A stretch of 64,000 bases of DNA, taken from the NCBI GenBank assembly GCA_000091205.1, contig AP006492.2. The stretch is one strand, 5' to 3'. This document shows positions 25,310 to 34,959 of this stretch, piece after piece; position 1 is the first letter of the stretch, and every line of letters starts with the position of its first letter. Under the pieces are notes generated by a model that saw nothing but the letters and a program-made list of their open reading frames with translations, was not told the origin of the DNA and did no database searches. A program made the position numbers and the translations under genes. This DNA comes from Cyanidioschyzon merolae. Its lineage: Eukaryota.

Positions 25310-27013
25310 ATGTTTCAGCGAGCACTAGCCGCAGCAGCGGCGATGGCAACTTTGGTGTTTCTACGTGACCTAGGCCTGGTGCTTGCTCCAGTGTGGGCTG
25401 CAGTGAGCACCAGTACGCTGCCGCTGGTTGCTTCTAATAACTTGGTGCTGGAGTTCCCGGCACGTTCGGCACTTGCGGCATCGCAGCTGCCGTATCACGA
25501 GTTGCGAAAAAAGGCTCTAGCATGGGTTTTGCTCTTCGCGTCGTCGTCGGCACTGGCTGCGGCGGAGACCGCAATCACTGCACTCTATCCGTGGAAGGTT
25601 CGCGACCTTGCCGAGTCTGAAGGCAGCAACTCGCCATTCGGACGCCTAAACCAAGATATCACTCGGTATCTGACGACGATTCTCGTTGCAAGCACGATCT
25701 GCGGCGTGTATTCGACTGCGCTCGCCACCGAAATGGCAACACGCATCTTCGGATCCGTCGGGGTTGGCTATGCCACAGGTGTGATGACGGTGGTGTTTCT
25801 GTTTTTTGGTGAAATCCTACCGAAAACATTAGCAGTGCATAACAGCGAAAAAGTAGCGCGCTTTATGCTGCGTCCGCTGCATCTGCTCTCGCTGCTCCTT
25901 TACCCTGTTGGAAAAGCGTTCTCCTTTCTTGTGAATCTGACGCTAACAGCATCAGGTCTAGAGCACTCGTCAGAACCGCTGGTCTCAGAGAATGAGCTGC
26001 GTCTGATCACCGCTGGTGCCCGCCGCTCGGGCGGAATCAACATTCACGAGCAGGACATGATCGAATCAGTCCTTGATTTGGAAGAGACCGAAGTGCGCGA
26101 AATCATGAAGCCGCGCGTCGAAATGACCTGTATCAGTTGCGAAAGTACGCTTGAAGAGTTCCTTGCGCTCGAGAAAACAACACACTACTCTCGATATCCC
26201 GTCTTTAAGGAGAATGTCGACGACATCATCGGGATTCTGTATGTGAAGCGCTTACTGGAGTTTCTCGGCAGCGAGGACGGTCACTTGCGCAACACCCGCA
26301 TTGGCAGACTTGCAGAACCAGCGATGTTTGTTCCGGAGAGCCTTCCGGTTTGGCGAGTTCTGGAAGAGATGCGCCGCAAACGCATCCATATGGCAATCGT
26401 TGTTGACGAGTACGGTGGCACCGCCGGCCTCGTGACACTGGAGGATATCATGGAGGAGATCGTCGGTGAGATTTACGACGAGGACGACAGCGACTACGAA
26501 GAGGAGGGTCAAGAGATCGTGCGCATCGACGAGAACACCTGGGTCATGGATGGCCAAGCGCGACTCGAACGCGTTGCGGAGACCATAGGTATGGAAGTGT
26601 CGGAAGACGACCTCCACGAGTATGGTACCATTGGCGGCTTTCTCTGTGATCGTATGGACGGCATACCGGATCCTGGGGATAGCGCCGTCATCGATGCTTT
26701 TCAGTTCTCCGTCGATGATGCTGACGATCGACGTATTCTACGAGTACGTGCTCGCCGTTTCACCGCAGCTCCAACGCAGACAGACGCACCCGATGTGGAG
26801 GATCCCGTCCAAACGGACATAGCTTCGAAAAGCGATCGCGCTCATCGGATGTCGACTGAGCAAGACGGTAGCGCGTCCTCGAATCGTTCGGATGGTCTCT
26901 CGGCGGACGCGGCGGGTCTAGACCCAGGAACAAAAACGAATCTGCAAGGGAATTCGTTGCGAAAGCTGCTTCCTTCGACCTCAACACGCACTGAGGCTCA
27001 AGCCAATTCCTGA
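25310..27013 (+). CDS. DUF21-CBS-CorC_HlyC family transporter (CNNM/HlyC/TlyC-like, Mg2+/Co2+ efflux-type)
   Basis: The track ORF starts at 24356. The conserved architecture begins near the ATG at 25310: TM-rich DUF21 with GEILPKTLAVHNSEKVA, then two CBS domains (VREIMKPRVEM ... IHMAIVVDEYGGTAGLVTLEDIMEEIVGEIYDE), then the CorC/HlyC transporter-associated domain (WVMDGQARLERV ... GGFLCDRMDGIPDPGDS), then an acidic/Ser-rich tail. The 318 upstream codons are low-complexity and contain the GCGT microsatellite. Confidence 0.8.
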   Translation: MFQRALAAAAAMATLVFLRDLGLVLAPVWAAVSTSTLPLVASNNLVLEFPARSALAASQLPYHELRKKALAWVLLFASSSALAAAETAITALYPWKVRDLAESEGSNSPFGRLNQDITRYLTTILVASTICGVYSTALATEMATRIFGSVGVGYATGVMTVVFLFFGEILPKTLAVHNSEKVARFMLRPLHLLSLLLYPVGKAFSFLVNLTLTASGLEHSSEPLVSENELRLITAGARRSGGINIHEQDMIESVLDLEETEVREIMKPRVEMTCISCESTLEEFLALEKTTHYSRYPVFKENVDDIIGILYVKRLLEFLGSEDGHLRNTRIGRLAEPAMFVPESLPVWRVLEEMRRKRIHMAIVVDEYGGTAGLVTLEDIMEEIVGEIYDEDDSDYEEEGQEIVRIDENTWVMDGQARLERVAETIGMEVSEDDLHEYGTIGGFLCDRMDGIPDPGDSAVIDAFQFSVDDADDRRILRVRARRFTAAPTQTDAPDVEDPVQTDIASKSDRAHRMSTEQDGSASSNRSDGLSADAAGLDPGTKTNLQGNSLRKLLPSTSTRTEAQANS

Positions 27014-27481
27014 TCGCTGCTCGTTTAGTTATCACCTGCCTTTGAAATCGTTGCATTCGGCGGCATGGTGGCATAGACGCCCCCGGGTGTCATTCGCCCT
27101 GATGAATCAGTGTTTGCGAGCGCGAAACGGACACTTTCCATTGAATGGTCGCGAGACCGAACAGGGACGTTGCTCTTGTTGTTGTTGACGCTGCGATGCA
27201 TGATTGCCTATAGGCTATGGAGATCCGGTCCATCCAGGGATGCTTTCGATACACTGAAGACAAGTCGCGTCCATCGCGCGATATCGAGACGAGTACACGG
27301 AGCATGTGTCCCGGCGACGACACATTGGCGGCATGACGGGCGTGCGGCTTCAGTCTCATGAGGCACTTGGTTTCTCGTTCGTGGTGGTTGGTGCTGGCGG
27401 GCATGGAGATGCTCGCCTACGGACGCGGAGCGCCGATGCAACCCCAAAACATCACGGGTACATGCTGGGTCGCATAGAAAC

Positions 27482-27483
<2 letters not shown>

Positions 27484-27524
<41 letters not shown>

Positions 27525-27525
27525 C
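27484..27525. repeat. (CAG)n(CAA)n microsatellite
   Basis: About 11 CAG followed by 3 CAA in the intergenic region. It gives a spurious polyQ ORF (27306-27656) and its antisense polyL ORF. Confidence 0.8.
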
Positions 27526-28472
27526 GTCCGTACGCCGCGTTTCTTTCGATTATGCGCGACAGAACCTCGAATGTTGTCGATAGATCGCGCATGTGCATCG
27601 ACCAAGTCATTGGATACCTTCGGGTCCGTTTTACTGGTTTTTATTGTTGCCGTTAGATGTCCCAGCGTATGCCTTTTCGTGTGCTCTGTTCACCCTAATA
27701 TGATCGCCCATAGTTGCCGGCTATTCCCTCAGTGTACGCGCTTCAGGGGCAATCCCTTCTCTGTAACCGCCGGGCGACATGCTTGTATGCGTCGGCGTTA
27801 CATCTTACTTCTTCGAAACGAACGTGAGTTCCTGGGTAAGCAACCATACGTCATTGATGCGAAGAGTTGGATACTGGCCTGTTCATCGGCGAGGCTTTCT
27901 GCACATGCGCGTCGGCGCGGTTTTCGGGTCACACCCGGCTACGCCTGCCCGCTACTGCGCATCGTTCCAAACTGCAGCGCACTTGTCGCTAGGGAGCAAA
28001 CTCTGCGGTGTGGCCTTTGCGCCAGTTGAGTGAGCCAACGCTCCCGAGCGTCCTCGAATCTATTCGGCAGTAGTATAGCGTGAATCTTGACTGACTCTGC
28101 GTGATGTCGCGATTCCCTCCAAACCGGTTAAACAGACCTATTCCGGATGCAACAGAACAGATCACGGTGGCAGGAACTTGCTGCAAGCCGCTTGGACGCT
28201 CGCTCTCGTATAGACTGTTTCTTGCTCACGGATTGAATAAAGCGCAAAGGTTCATTACTTCGACGTCATTATCACCTTAGTAATTGAAACAGTCGCTGTA
28301 GCAGGGACTTGATGCAAGCCGCTCGAACGCTTGCTATCATACAGATAGTTCCTTGCTGGCGGCGATAGCAAACCAGACGTTACCAGCAGCAAATGACGAC
28401 CATTTGTGTACCGGTCTCAGCGTTGTTCCAGGTGCTGCTCGTTATCCAAAGCAGTCCCTGAGCGCTGTTTTC

Positions 28473-30179
28473 ATGAAAGAGAAACGCTTTGCGCTTGCTT
28501 TGGATCAGGGTACAACCTCCACAAGGGCTATTTTGTTTGACTTGGAGGAGAGCGTTGTGATCGCTTCCCATCAACTGGGCCACCGGCAGTACTTTCCGCG
28601 AGCCGGCTGGGTGGAACACGACCCATTTGAGATTCTTGGCAATGCTCGTCGCTGTTTGGTTGCAGTCTGCCAACAGGCGGAACAGAAAGGCATAAAGCCT
28701 GCCGACATTGCTTGTCTGGGACTCACCAACCAGCGAGAAACCGTCGTAGCCTGGGACCGGCGAACCGGTGAGCCTCTACACCCGGCTATTGTCTGGCAGG
28801 ATACTCGGACTCGCGAGCATTGTGCAGCGCTCGCTGCAGCGAATGACACAGCAGCTTCCGTCAGCGGCGGTGTTGGTAGCATCAGCGCCAGCACCAGTAC
28901 CAGCGGCAGCGGCAAGTCGAGACAACTGCACCAGAGCAGGTCAGTGGGGCGTAGCAAACGCCATCGAAGGGAGCTGGGCACGGAGCCACAGCAGGCTTTT
29001 GATCGTTTTCGAGAGCTCACTGGCTTACCCATATCCACTTACTTCTCGGGAACGAAATACAGGTGGCTTATCGAGAATGTACCTGCAGTTCAAAAGGGTG
29101 TTGAGGACGGTACGGTGCTGCTGGGTACCATCGACTCGTGGTTAGCCTACCATTTAACCGAGGAACGTGTACACGTTACCGATGTGACCAATGCCTCGCG
29201 CTCTCTGTTGATGGAGCTCCGCACCCAGCACTGGAGCAACGAGTTACTGGACATTTTCGGGGTGCCGCGGGAAGCACTTCCGGTGATTCGCTCCAGCGCC
29301 GAGCGCTACGGCACCCTGACGAGCACCGAGAGTGCACTCGATGGCCAGGTACCGCTGGCAGGTATCCTGGGTGATCAGCACGCTGCCATGCTAGGTCAGG
29401 CGTGTCTACGTGCCGATGATGTCAAGTGTACGTACGGCACTGGTTGTTTCGTGATGCTGCACACCGGCGAGAGGCCGATTCCCAGCCGCCACGGCCTCTT
29501 GACGGTACCCGCGTATCAGTTGGGACGCGACCAGCCGGTTCAGTATGCCCTGGAGGGCTCTGTGGCCATAGCCGGGGCCGGACTCCAGTGGCTCCAAGAG
29601 CAGTTGGGTGTCATTCGTGACATCCAGGAAGCGGAAAAGTTGGCGTCTTCGGTTTCCGATACTGGCGATGTCTATCTGGTGCCAGCTTTTAATGGATTAT
29701 TCGCACCGCGATGGCGTCCCGATGCTCGCGGAGTCCTCGTCGGTATGACCCAGTTTACGAACCGGGCGCATATTGCTCGAGCAATGTTAGAGCAAGTTTG
29801 TTTTCAGACAACAGAGGTGCTCGAAGCAGCGCTAGCGGATCTCGGACAGAGCACTGCTGCGATCCAGATGCTCCGGGTGGACGGCGGAATGACGGCGAAT
29901 CAACTGCTGCTCCAGCTGCAGGCCGACCTTTTGGGTGTGCCTGTCGTGCGTCCCCAGATCGCCGAAGCAACTGCCTTGGGTGCAGCGGCGGCTGCAGCGC
30001 TCGCAACCGGCCTCCTGGATCGAGTGGACCAGGTGCGGAAGCTCTGGCGTGAGGAGCTCGTACTCACTCCTGGTATCGACGATGCAGAGCGAGCACGTCG
30101 ACACCGTCGTTGGAACGATGCCGTTGAACGATCGCTCGGGTGGGTGTCCGTGGACACGCAGCCTTCGTTGCTGGGGTAG
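28473..30179 (+). CDS. glpK: Glycerol kinase (FGGY family, GlpK-type)
   Basis: FALALDQGTTSTRAILFD (ATP-binding N-terminus), GLTNQRETVVAWDRRTGEPLHPAIVWQDTRT, TYFSGTKYRWLIENVP, GILGDQHAAMLGQACL, LRVDGGMTANQLLLQLQADLLGVPVVRP. ATG at 28473; the track ORF begins 40 codons earlier at a TTG. It carries a roughly 60-aa Ser/Gly/Arg-rich insertion after WQDTRTREH. Confidence 0.85.
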   Translation: MKEKRFALALDQGTTSTRAILFDLEESVVIASHQLGHRQYFPRAGWVEHDPFEILGNARRCLVAVCQQAEQKGIKPADIACLGLTNQRETVVAWDRRTGEPLHPAIVWQDTRTREHCAALAAANDTAASVSGGVGSISASTSTSGSGKSRQLHQSRSVGRSKRHRRELGTEPQQAFDRFRELTGLPISTYFSGTKYRWLIENVPAVQKGVEDGTVLLGTIDSWLAYHLTEERVHVTDVTNASRSLLMELRTQHWSNELLDIFGVPREALPVIRSSAERYGTLTSTESALDGQVPLAGILGDQHAAMLGQACLRADDVKCTYGTGCFVMLHTGERPIPSRHGLLTVPAYQLGRDQPVQYALEGSVAIAGAGLQWLQEQLGVIRDIQEAEKLASSVSDTGDVYLVPAFNGLFAPRWRPDARGVLVGMTQFTNRAHIARAMLEQVCFQTTEVLEAALADLGQSTAAIQMLRVDGGMTANQLLLQLQADLLGVPVVRPQIAEATALGAAAAAALATGLLDRVDQVRKLWREELVLTPGIDDAERARRHRRWNDAVERSLGWVSVDTQPSLLG

Positions 30180-31714
30180 CACCACAGGGGCGTCATGCTC
30201 CAGGTAAGCTGTCCACGGAACGCAGACTGCGCATCGTGTCGATGGAATCGATGCCGTGGACGCGTGCATTTCGAGCTATCAAGTGGGTACGGGGCATGCT
30301 TATCTGCATGCGACGCAGATCGTGTCGCTGAGAGTGCCTGCGCTGCGCCCCAGACGAAGGGAGAAACTCGGATGCATGGGGGCTCTCGAGCAACTAGAAG
30401 CACAGAGAAGCAACCTCGATGGATGGGTGGCATGCCGAATAGGTATGTTTCGAAGCTACTACTGCCCCCAGTACTGGCACGGCTGTTGGTATGGCCATGC
30501 TAGCCGTCCATGTAAGCAGATGGCGGAGTGCGTCTCCGATTCGTTGCAATGCGGACTCCGTACATTCAGTATTGGAGCTTTGCAGGTGTTTCCCTCATTG
30601 CTTCTGAATGATTGCGCCAGGCTTCTCTACACCCCGCCTTGTTCGAAACAATGCATCGATTTCATGCTGGATTGGCGTCCTATCCTCGAGCTCTCGTAGA
30701 AAAAGACGCTGACGAGTGCGTCCATATCCGGGAGGTATCGGAATTCTTAGGTGATTATCGCGCGTATTCGTACGCAGTGCAACAGTCTTTCACAATGATG
30801 CACGTGTTGTGATCGATCTATGAACAGGGATTGTGGCAGACTCGAAACGCAGGCGTCAACGAGCGCTCCCGTGTGGGTGGCGGGCGAGGATGGTACCAGC
30901 ACCTGCAGCCGCAGCACCCGATGCGGATGCTGTAGCGAGCGTGGATAGACCTGGACGACAAAGTGCGTTTCGTATGCGGCAGAGCGGCACGAATGTGCCG
31001 GCAACGGTACCCGCAAAGATGATGATTGCTACGAAATCTGCTCCGCCTGCTGGGTACCAGTCCAGTGCGGGAGCGTGTCTGGACCAGCAGGTGCTCCGAG
31101 GTAGAATCAAAAGCGTTGCTTTGCGTGGACATGCAGACATGCACTGTCTCCTTCATATAAACGGACCTAAGTTCACACGTTCGTTGGCACACCTATCACA
31201 ATAGACGAGTCTCAGAGTAGGACAAGTGCTCGTTCGGTTTATGGTTCAGGAGCACCGCTACGCTGGACTCGTCACCCTGCATCGGGCACATCGTCCGCTG
31301 CCAACGGTTGGACTCGAAACCCAACGTGACACACGTCGGCATCGTGCTGTTCTAAAGGAACCGCACCGACTAATCACACGTTTTTCTTATCGGCTCCTAG
31401 AGAATGCTGTTAGGGCGCGTTCCGGCTCGAGAGCGAGACTGGCGATTCGTTCCCGGGATCATGTCAAATAAGACTTGGTCTCTGGATGGATCTTTATGAC
31501 ACAATCATCGTCTCGTTCAGGATCTCGTCGAATGCATCGGACGCATCACTTGTCGGCCGATTTCCCAGAGAGCGCGCACATGCAAACGCAAACTTCTTTT
31601 CAGACCGGTCAAGTGAAAAAGAATATGCCTCCAAGTACCTCGACTGACTCAGTCAACAAACGAGTTACGCGTGAAGCACCAGAACGGTGCAAGGCCGCGC
31701 AGATAAGGCACCCG

Positions 31715-32371
31715 TTAGCGCTGCGTCCTTGGTAACAACGCTGAATAGTGATTCGTTCCGTTGTAAGCGACTCGAACGGGTTCCAGATCCTGCTGTCTTT
31801 TGCGATAGACTGAGCCGTACTCGACGATTTTGAGCAGCGTCCGGTTTTGCGGGTGTACCAGATACACCTCAATGGGTCTCTCGAGGACGTCCGCCAAGGC
31901 GAACATCTCGGGTTCTCCAGCGTAGAACTCTGGAGAGCGCAACTGTGCGCAGTAAGCGCCCATGTCACCCTCTACGACGTGCTTCTTCTGGAACTCCTGC
32001 CGACGCAGAAGACAGATTTCTTGGAAGGCCGCCTCCCGGAGAGCGTCTGCGTCGGCTCTTTCGAGGTGCTCAGGAAGCGGCCGCTTTCCATAAAAGGCCA
32101 AACACTTGGCAATCGCCCGAAAGAGACACCGGCCGTCACCTGTGGTCGGTACCAGACGCAGTGCCTCGGGTGGAGCGCTGCCCGGTTCCGGACGCGAGTC
32201 TGTGCGAGCGATGAGCGAACCTCGCCAGTGCTCCGCGAGGCCGTGCTTTCCAAACGTCCACAGGGGCAGACGCAGCGCCTGCCGGCCGGGGAACAAGCGG
32301 GTTGGCTGTTCGAGTCCCAAGAGACTCAAGTGTGCCGAAGCGACACGTAGTGGCGGCTCCAAAAACGGCAT
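31715..32371 (-). CDS. OTU-domain cysteine protease (deubiquitinase-like)
   Basis: Catalytic Cys box DGRCLFRAIAKCL and C-terminal His box YNGTNHYSAL. The first ATG is at 32371-32369 (the track starts one codon earlier at TTG). The N-terminal 80 aa are low-complexity. Confidence 0.65.
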   Translation of the reverse strand: MPFLEPPLRVASAHLSLLGLEQPTRLFPGRQALRLPLWTFGKHGLAEHWRGSLIARTDSRPEPGSAPPEALRLVPTTGDGRCLFRAIAKCLAFYGKRPLPEHLERADADALREAAFQEICLLRRQEFQKKHVVEGDMGAYCAQLRSPEFYAGEPEMFALADVLERPIEVYLVHPQNRTLLKIVEYGSVYRKRQQDLEPVRVAYNGTNHYSALLPRTQR

Positions 32372-34959
32372 CAACTATGCAGGTGCAGTCCTTCGTAATT
32401 CGACACCAGCGAAGGTGGAAGCGGCACTAGTCGGGAACGTTGCGGAAGCCACGCGAGTTGCAGTGCTGGCTGCAACGCGAACGTCTCCGCGGGCGCTTGT
32501 TGTCGCCGGCACAACGCAGCCGCAGGGCACAACATCGACACGCGCAGTTGCTCGAAGAAGAAGAGGCCTGGACATTGTCCGGGTTGTTCGAAATCGACGA
32601 AAGGAGTTCGATTACCTGTGTACGTCACAATGGCAGTGGTTCCACCGTCGAGATCAGCAACAGTGAACCAGCCGGTGTTCTCGTGCTGCTCACCTGGGCC
32701 GCAGAGCCTGCCCCAAAAACCAATACGAGTCTGGACAAGGTACGGTTCGTGGAAAACCTGCGCTAAGCAAGATAGGTAGCGGCACTGCAAGGTAGACGGC
32801 GGGAGACAGTGCGCGATTTGTTGTAGAATACACTGGCGTAGTTGGGTGTACCAGAAACGTTCCAGGGGAGCCACGGCACTGGCTCCTGGTGCTAGTACGC
32901 GAAGCTGGGAGGCTTCACGTTGTTCCCCTGGACCGTCAGCAGTACGTACGTTCGCAAAAGTTTCCGGGGATGGTTGGCCAGTTCGCGACGGAGAAGCTAG
33001 CGGCTGTTCCAGTGGCACTGCAAGGGCCGCAACGATAGCTGGCGCTAACGCCGAACTCGCTGCTGGTGCTGCTGGTGCTGCTGGCGAGCCCCGCAGCCAA
33101 CTCGTCCAGTGTGCACCGTACAACTGGAGACGGCGGCCGGGCTCTACGATACCGCTCGCGGCACGCTCAGGCAGAAAGAGGACTGCACTCATTCTATGAT
33201 CGGAGCTGGAGCTCCGGCAATACTGTCTGCTGCTGATGGCGCTGGCTCTGCGGGTATCGACGGATGTAAGCGGAGCCGGCGCTACCGCTGTTGCTGGTGT
33301 CTCCTCCTGCACGATAGCTTGGTCAAGTCCTCGGCGCGTTCTTGTTGCTAAAATGGCGCCATTATCGCGAACGAGTTCGCATAAGGTCGCAACATCCGGG
33401 TGTTGCTGAGCTGCGTCGGTGACTGCCCAGCGACAATCGTTCGAATTGTCCCTTGCAGATGCCACCGCTGCACCCGTATTCAAGCTCGGGCGAGCCGCCA
33501 GTTGATGCTGCGTCATGGAGACGCTTTCGGCGATATCCTCGACAGCAACAAGGGCAATTCGAAGCGGAACGGGGCGTTCGGAAGCAGCGCCCGTCCGTCT
33601 CGGGCGCCACAGGACCTTTTGCACGGTGACGGTGGGCGTAACAGAAGCGCTCTGCATTTCTGCGCGTTCAAGACGACTGAATAGCGACAAAGCAGGGTCC
33701 TCTTGTGATTGCTGGAGGAAAAGCAGGCGCCTTGACTCCCACTCCCGAAGCATTTTGGCGAAGCGGCTCATCGCGCATCGATAGTGTAGTCGGAGCGCCC
33801 ACGGCGCTCCGCCAGTGCCAGTTCGAGACAGATGCGCCTCACCTTGAGGCGAGCATGCTAGGTGCTGTCCGTCGAGCTCCAGAGGCGGAGGCGATTGCTG
33901 CTGTGTCGCGACCAGGCTCGAGGGCGATCGAGTCCCCGAACCAGTACCCCAACAGAGCCGGGAAGCAATCTTTCTTTTGCGAGCTGAAGACCAAGGCGTA
34001 CCGTCAGGATTCCCGAAAAACGTCTCCGCAAAAGGTGAGCGAAAAGCGGCATCGTCGCTCGTCTCGCGTGCTTCGCGATGCTCGCTTCTGGCGCCGTTTG
34101 AAGCAGGCTCTTCATCGCATCTGGGAGTCTGCTGGCTCATCGGTTCCGCTGAAGGGATGCGGATTCGTTTGCGGACGCTCTGTACGGAAATCGGCGGCAA
34201 ATGATGCATTCTTTCCTCGGATCGTTTTGTTCGGGCTGATGCAGCTCCGGGAGACTGGCCGAAAACAGCAATCCGCTGACTCAGTCGCGCTGGTGTCTTG
34301 CACCAACTCGACGGAATCAGGGTCCGCGGGTCATCGGCGTGGTCCACGGGACGGATGCCTGGACGGATACCGGCATCATCGGTGACATTATTTGAAACGC
34401 TACCTGTAGTACGGTCGCGCTGCAGGGCATTCTCCTCGGAGTAAGTACCAGCGTACTGTCTGGACGACAGCGAGTCTCCGAAGACCGGGGACGCATCTTT
34501 TGCACTGCCACGCTCCGTAGCGTTACAGTCTAGCGCCTGCATTTGCCGCCGGTTTCCAGCCGCATCCGCTTTTGAGCTTGCCCCATGATCAGGATCACTT
34601 GTGCGGACTGCAAGCAGCGTCTCGGGTGCAGAGAGAGCGGCGCCCGTTGAGGATCGACGTTTCGGCGGAGCGTCGTCGACCTCGTGTTTTGCACCGCCAC
34701 GCACTGTATGCGGCAAAGAATACCTACGGCGAGTGCTTCCACCTTTTTCCGCCGCAATGCGCACAGTAAACCGCATGAAGATGGAAGCTTTCCTAGAGTA
34801 GAGATTTCGCGGGAACGCGTCGGAGAGCGTCACTGCACCTGTTGTAAAGTTTGACGGCGGCGTATTTCGTCCATATTCTATAGCAACGCAACGGAAGCAA
34901 ACTTGCGAAACGTTTCGTTTGCAAGCAGAACCTGTGTTCCGTCGTACTGGGACACACAC
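32371..34959 (-). CDS. Hypothetical low-complexity (Ser/Ala/Arg/Pro-rich) protein, 862 codons
   Basis: The open frame is far too long to be chance. No recognised domain; mostly disordered. It starts at GTG in the track, with the first ATG 61 codons in. Its TGA stop overlaps the ATG of the downstream OTU ORF (TGATG). Confidence 0.35.
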   Translation of the reverse strand: MCVPVRRNTGSACKRNVSQVCFRCVAIEYGRNTPPSNFTTGAVTLSDAFPRNLYSRKASIFMRFTVRIAAEKGGSTRRRYSLPHTVRGGAKHEVDDAPPKRRSSTGAALSAPETLLAVRTSDPDHGASSKADAAGNRRQMQALDCNATERGSAKDASPVFGDSLSSRQYAGTYSEENALQRDRTTGSVSNNVTDDAGIRPGIRPVDHADDPRTLIPSSWCKTPARLSQRIAVFGQSPGAASARTKRSEERMHHLPPISVQSVRKRIRIPSAEPMSQQTPRCDEEPASNGARSEHREARETSDDAAFRSPFAETFFGNPDGTPWSSARKRKIASRLCWGTGSGTRSPSSLVATQQQSPPPLELDGQHLACSPQGEAHLSRTGTGGAPWALRLHYRCAMSRFAKMLREWESRRLLFLQQSQEDPALSLFSRLERAEMQSASVTPTVTVQKVLWRPRRTGAASERPVPLRIALVAVEDIAESVSMTQHQLAARPSLNTGAAVASARDNSNDCRWAVTDAAQQHPDVATLCELVRDNGAILATRTRRGLDQAIVQEETPATAVAPAPLTSVDTRRASAISSRQYCRSSSSDHRMSAVLFLPERAASGIVEPGRRLQLYGAHWTSWLRGSPAAPAAPAASSALAPAIVAALAVPLEQPLASPSRTGQPSPETFANVRTADGPGEQREASQLRVLAPGASAVAPLERFWYTQLRQCILQQIAHCLPPSTLQCRYLSCLAQVFHEPYLVQTRIGFWGRLCGPGEQHENTGWFTVADLDGGTTAIVTYTGNRTPFVDFEQPGQCPGLFFFEQLRVSMLCPAAALCRRQQAPAETFALQPALQLAWLPQRSRLVPLPPSLVSNYEGLHLHS

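Noticed and set aside
27306-27656. PolyQ protein ORF (and its antisense polyL ORF 27417-27605)
   Set aside because: It is driven entirely by an intergenic (CAG)11(CAA)3 microsatellite between two well-defined genes. The rest of the ORF has no coding character.
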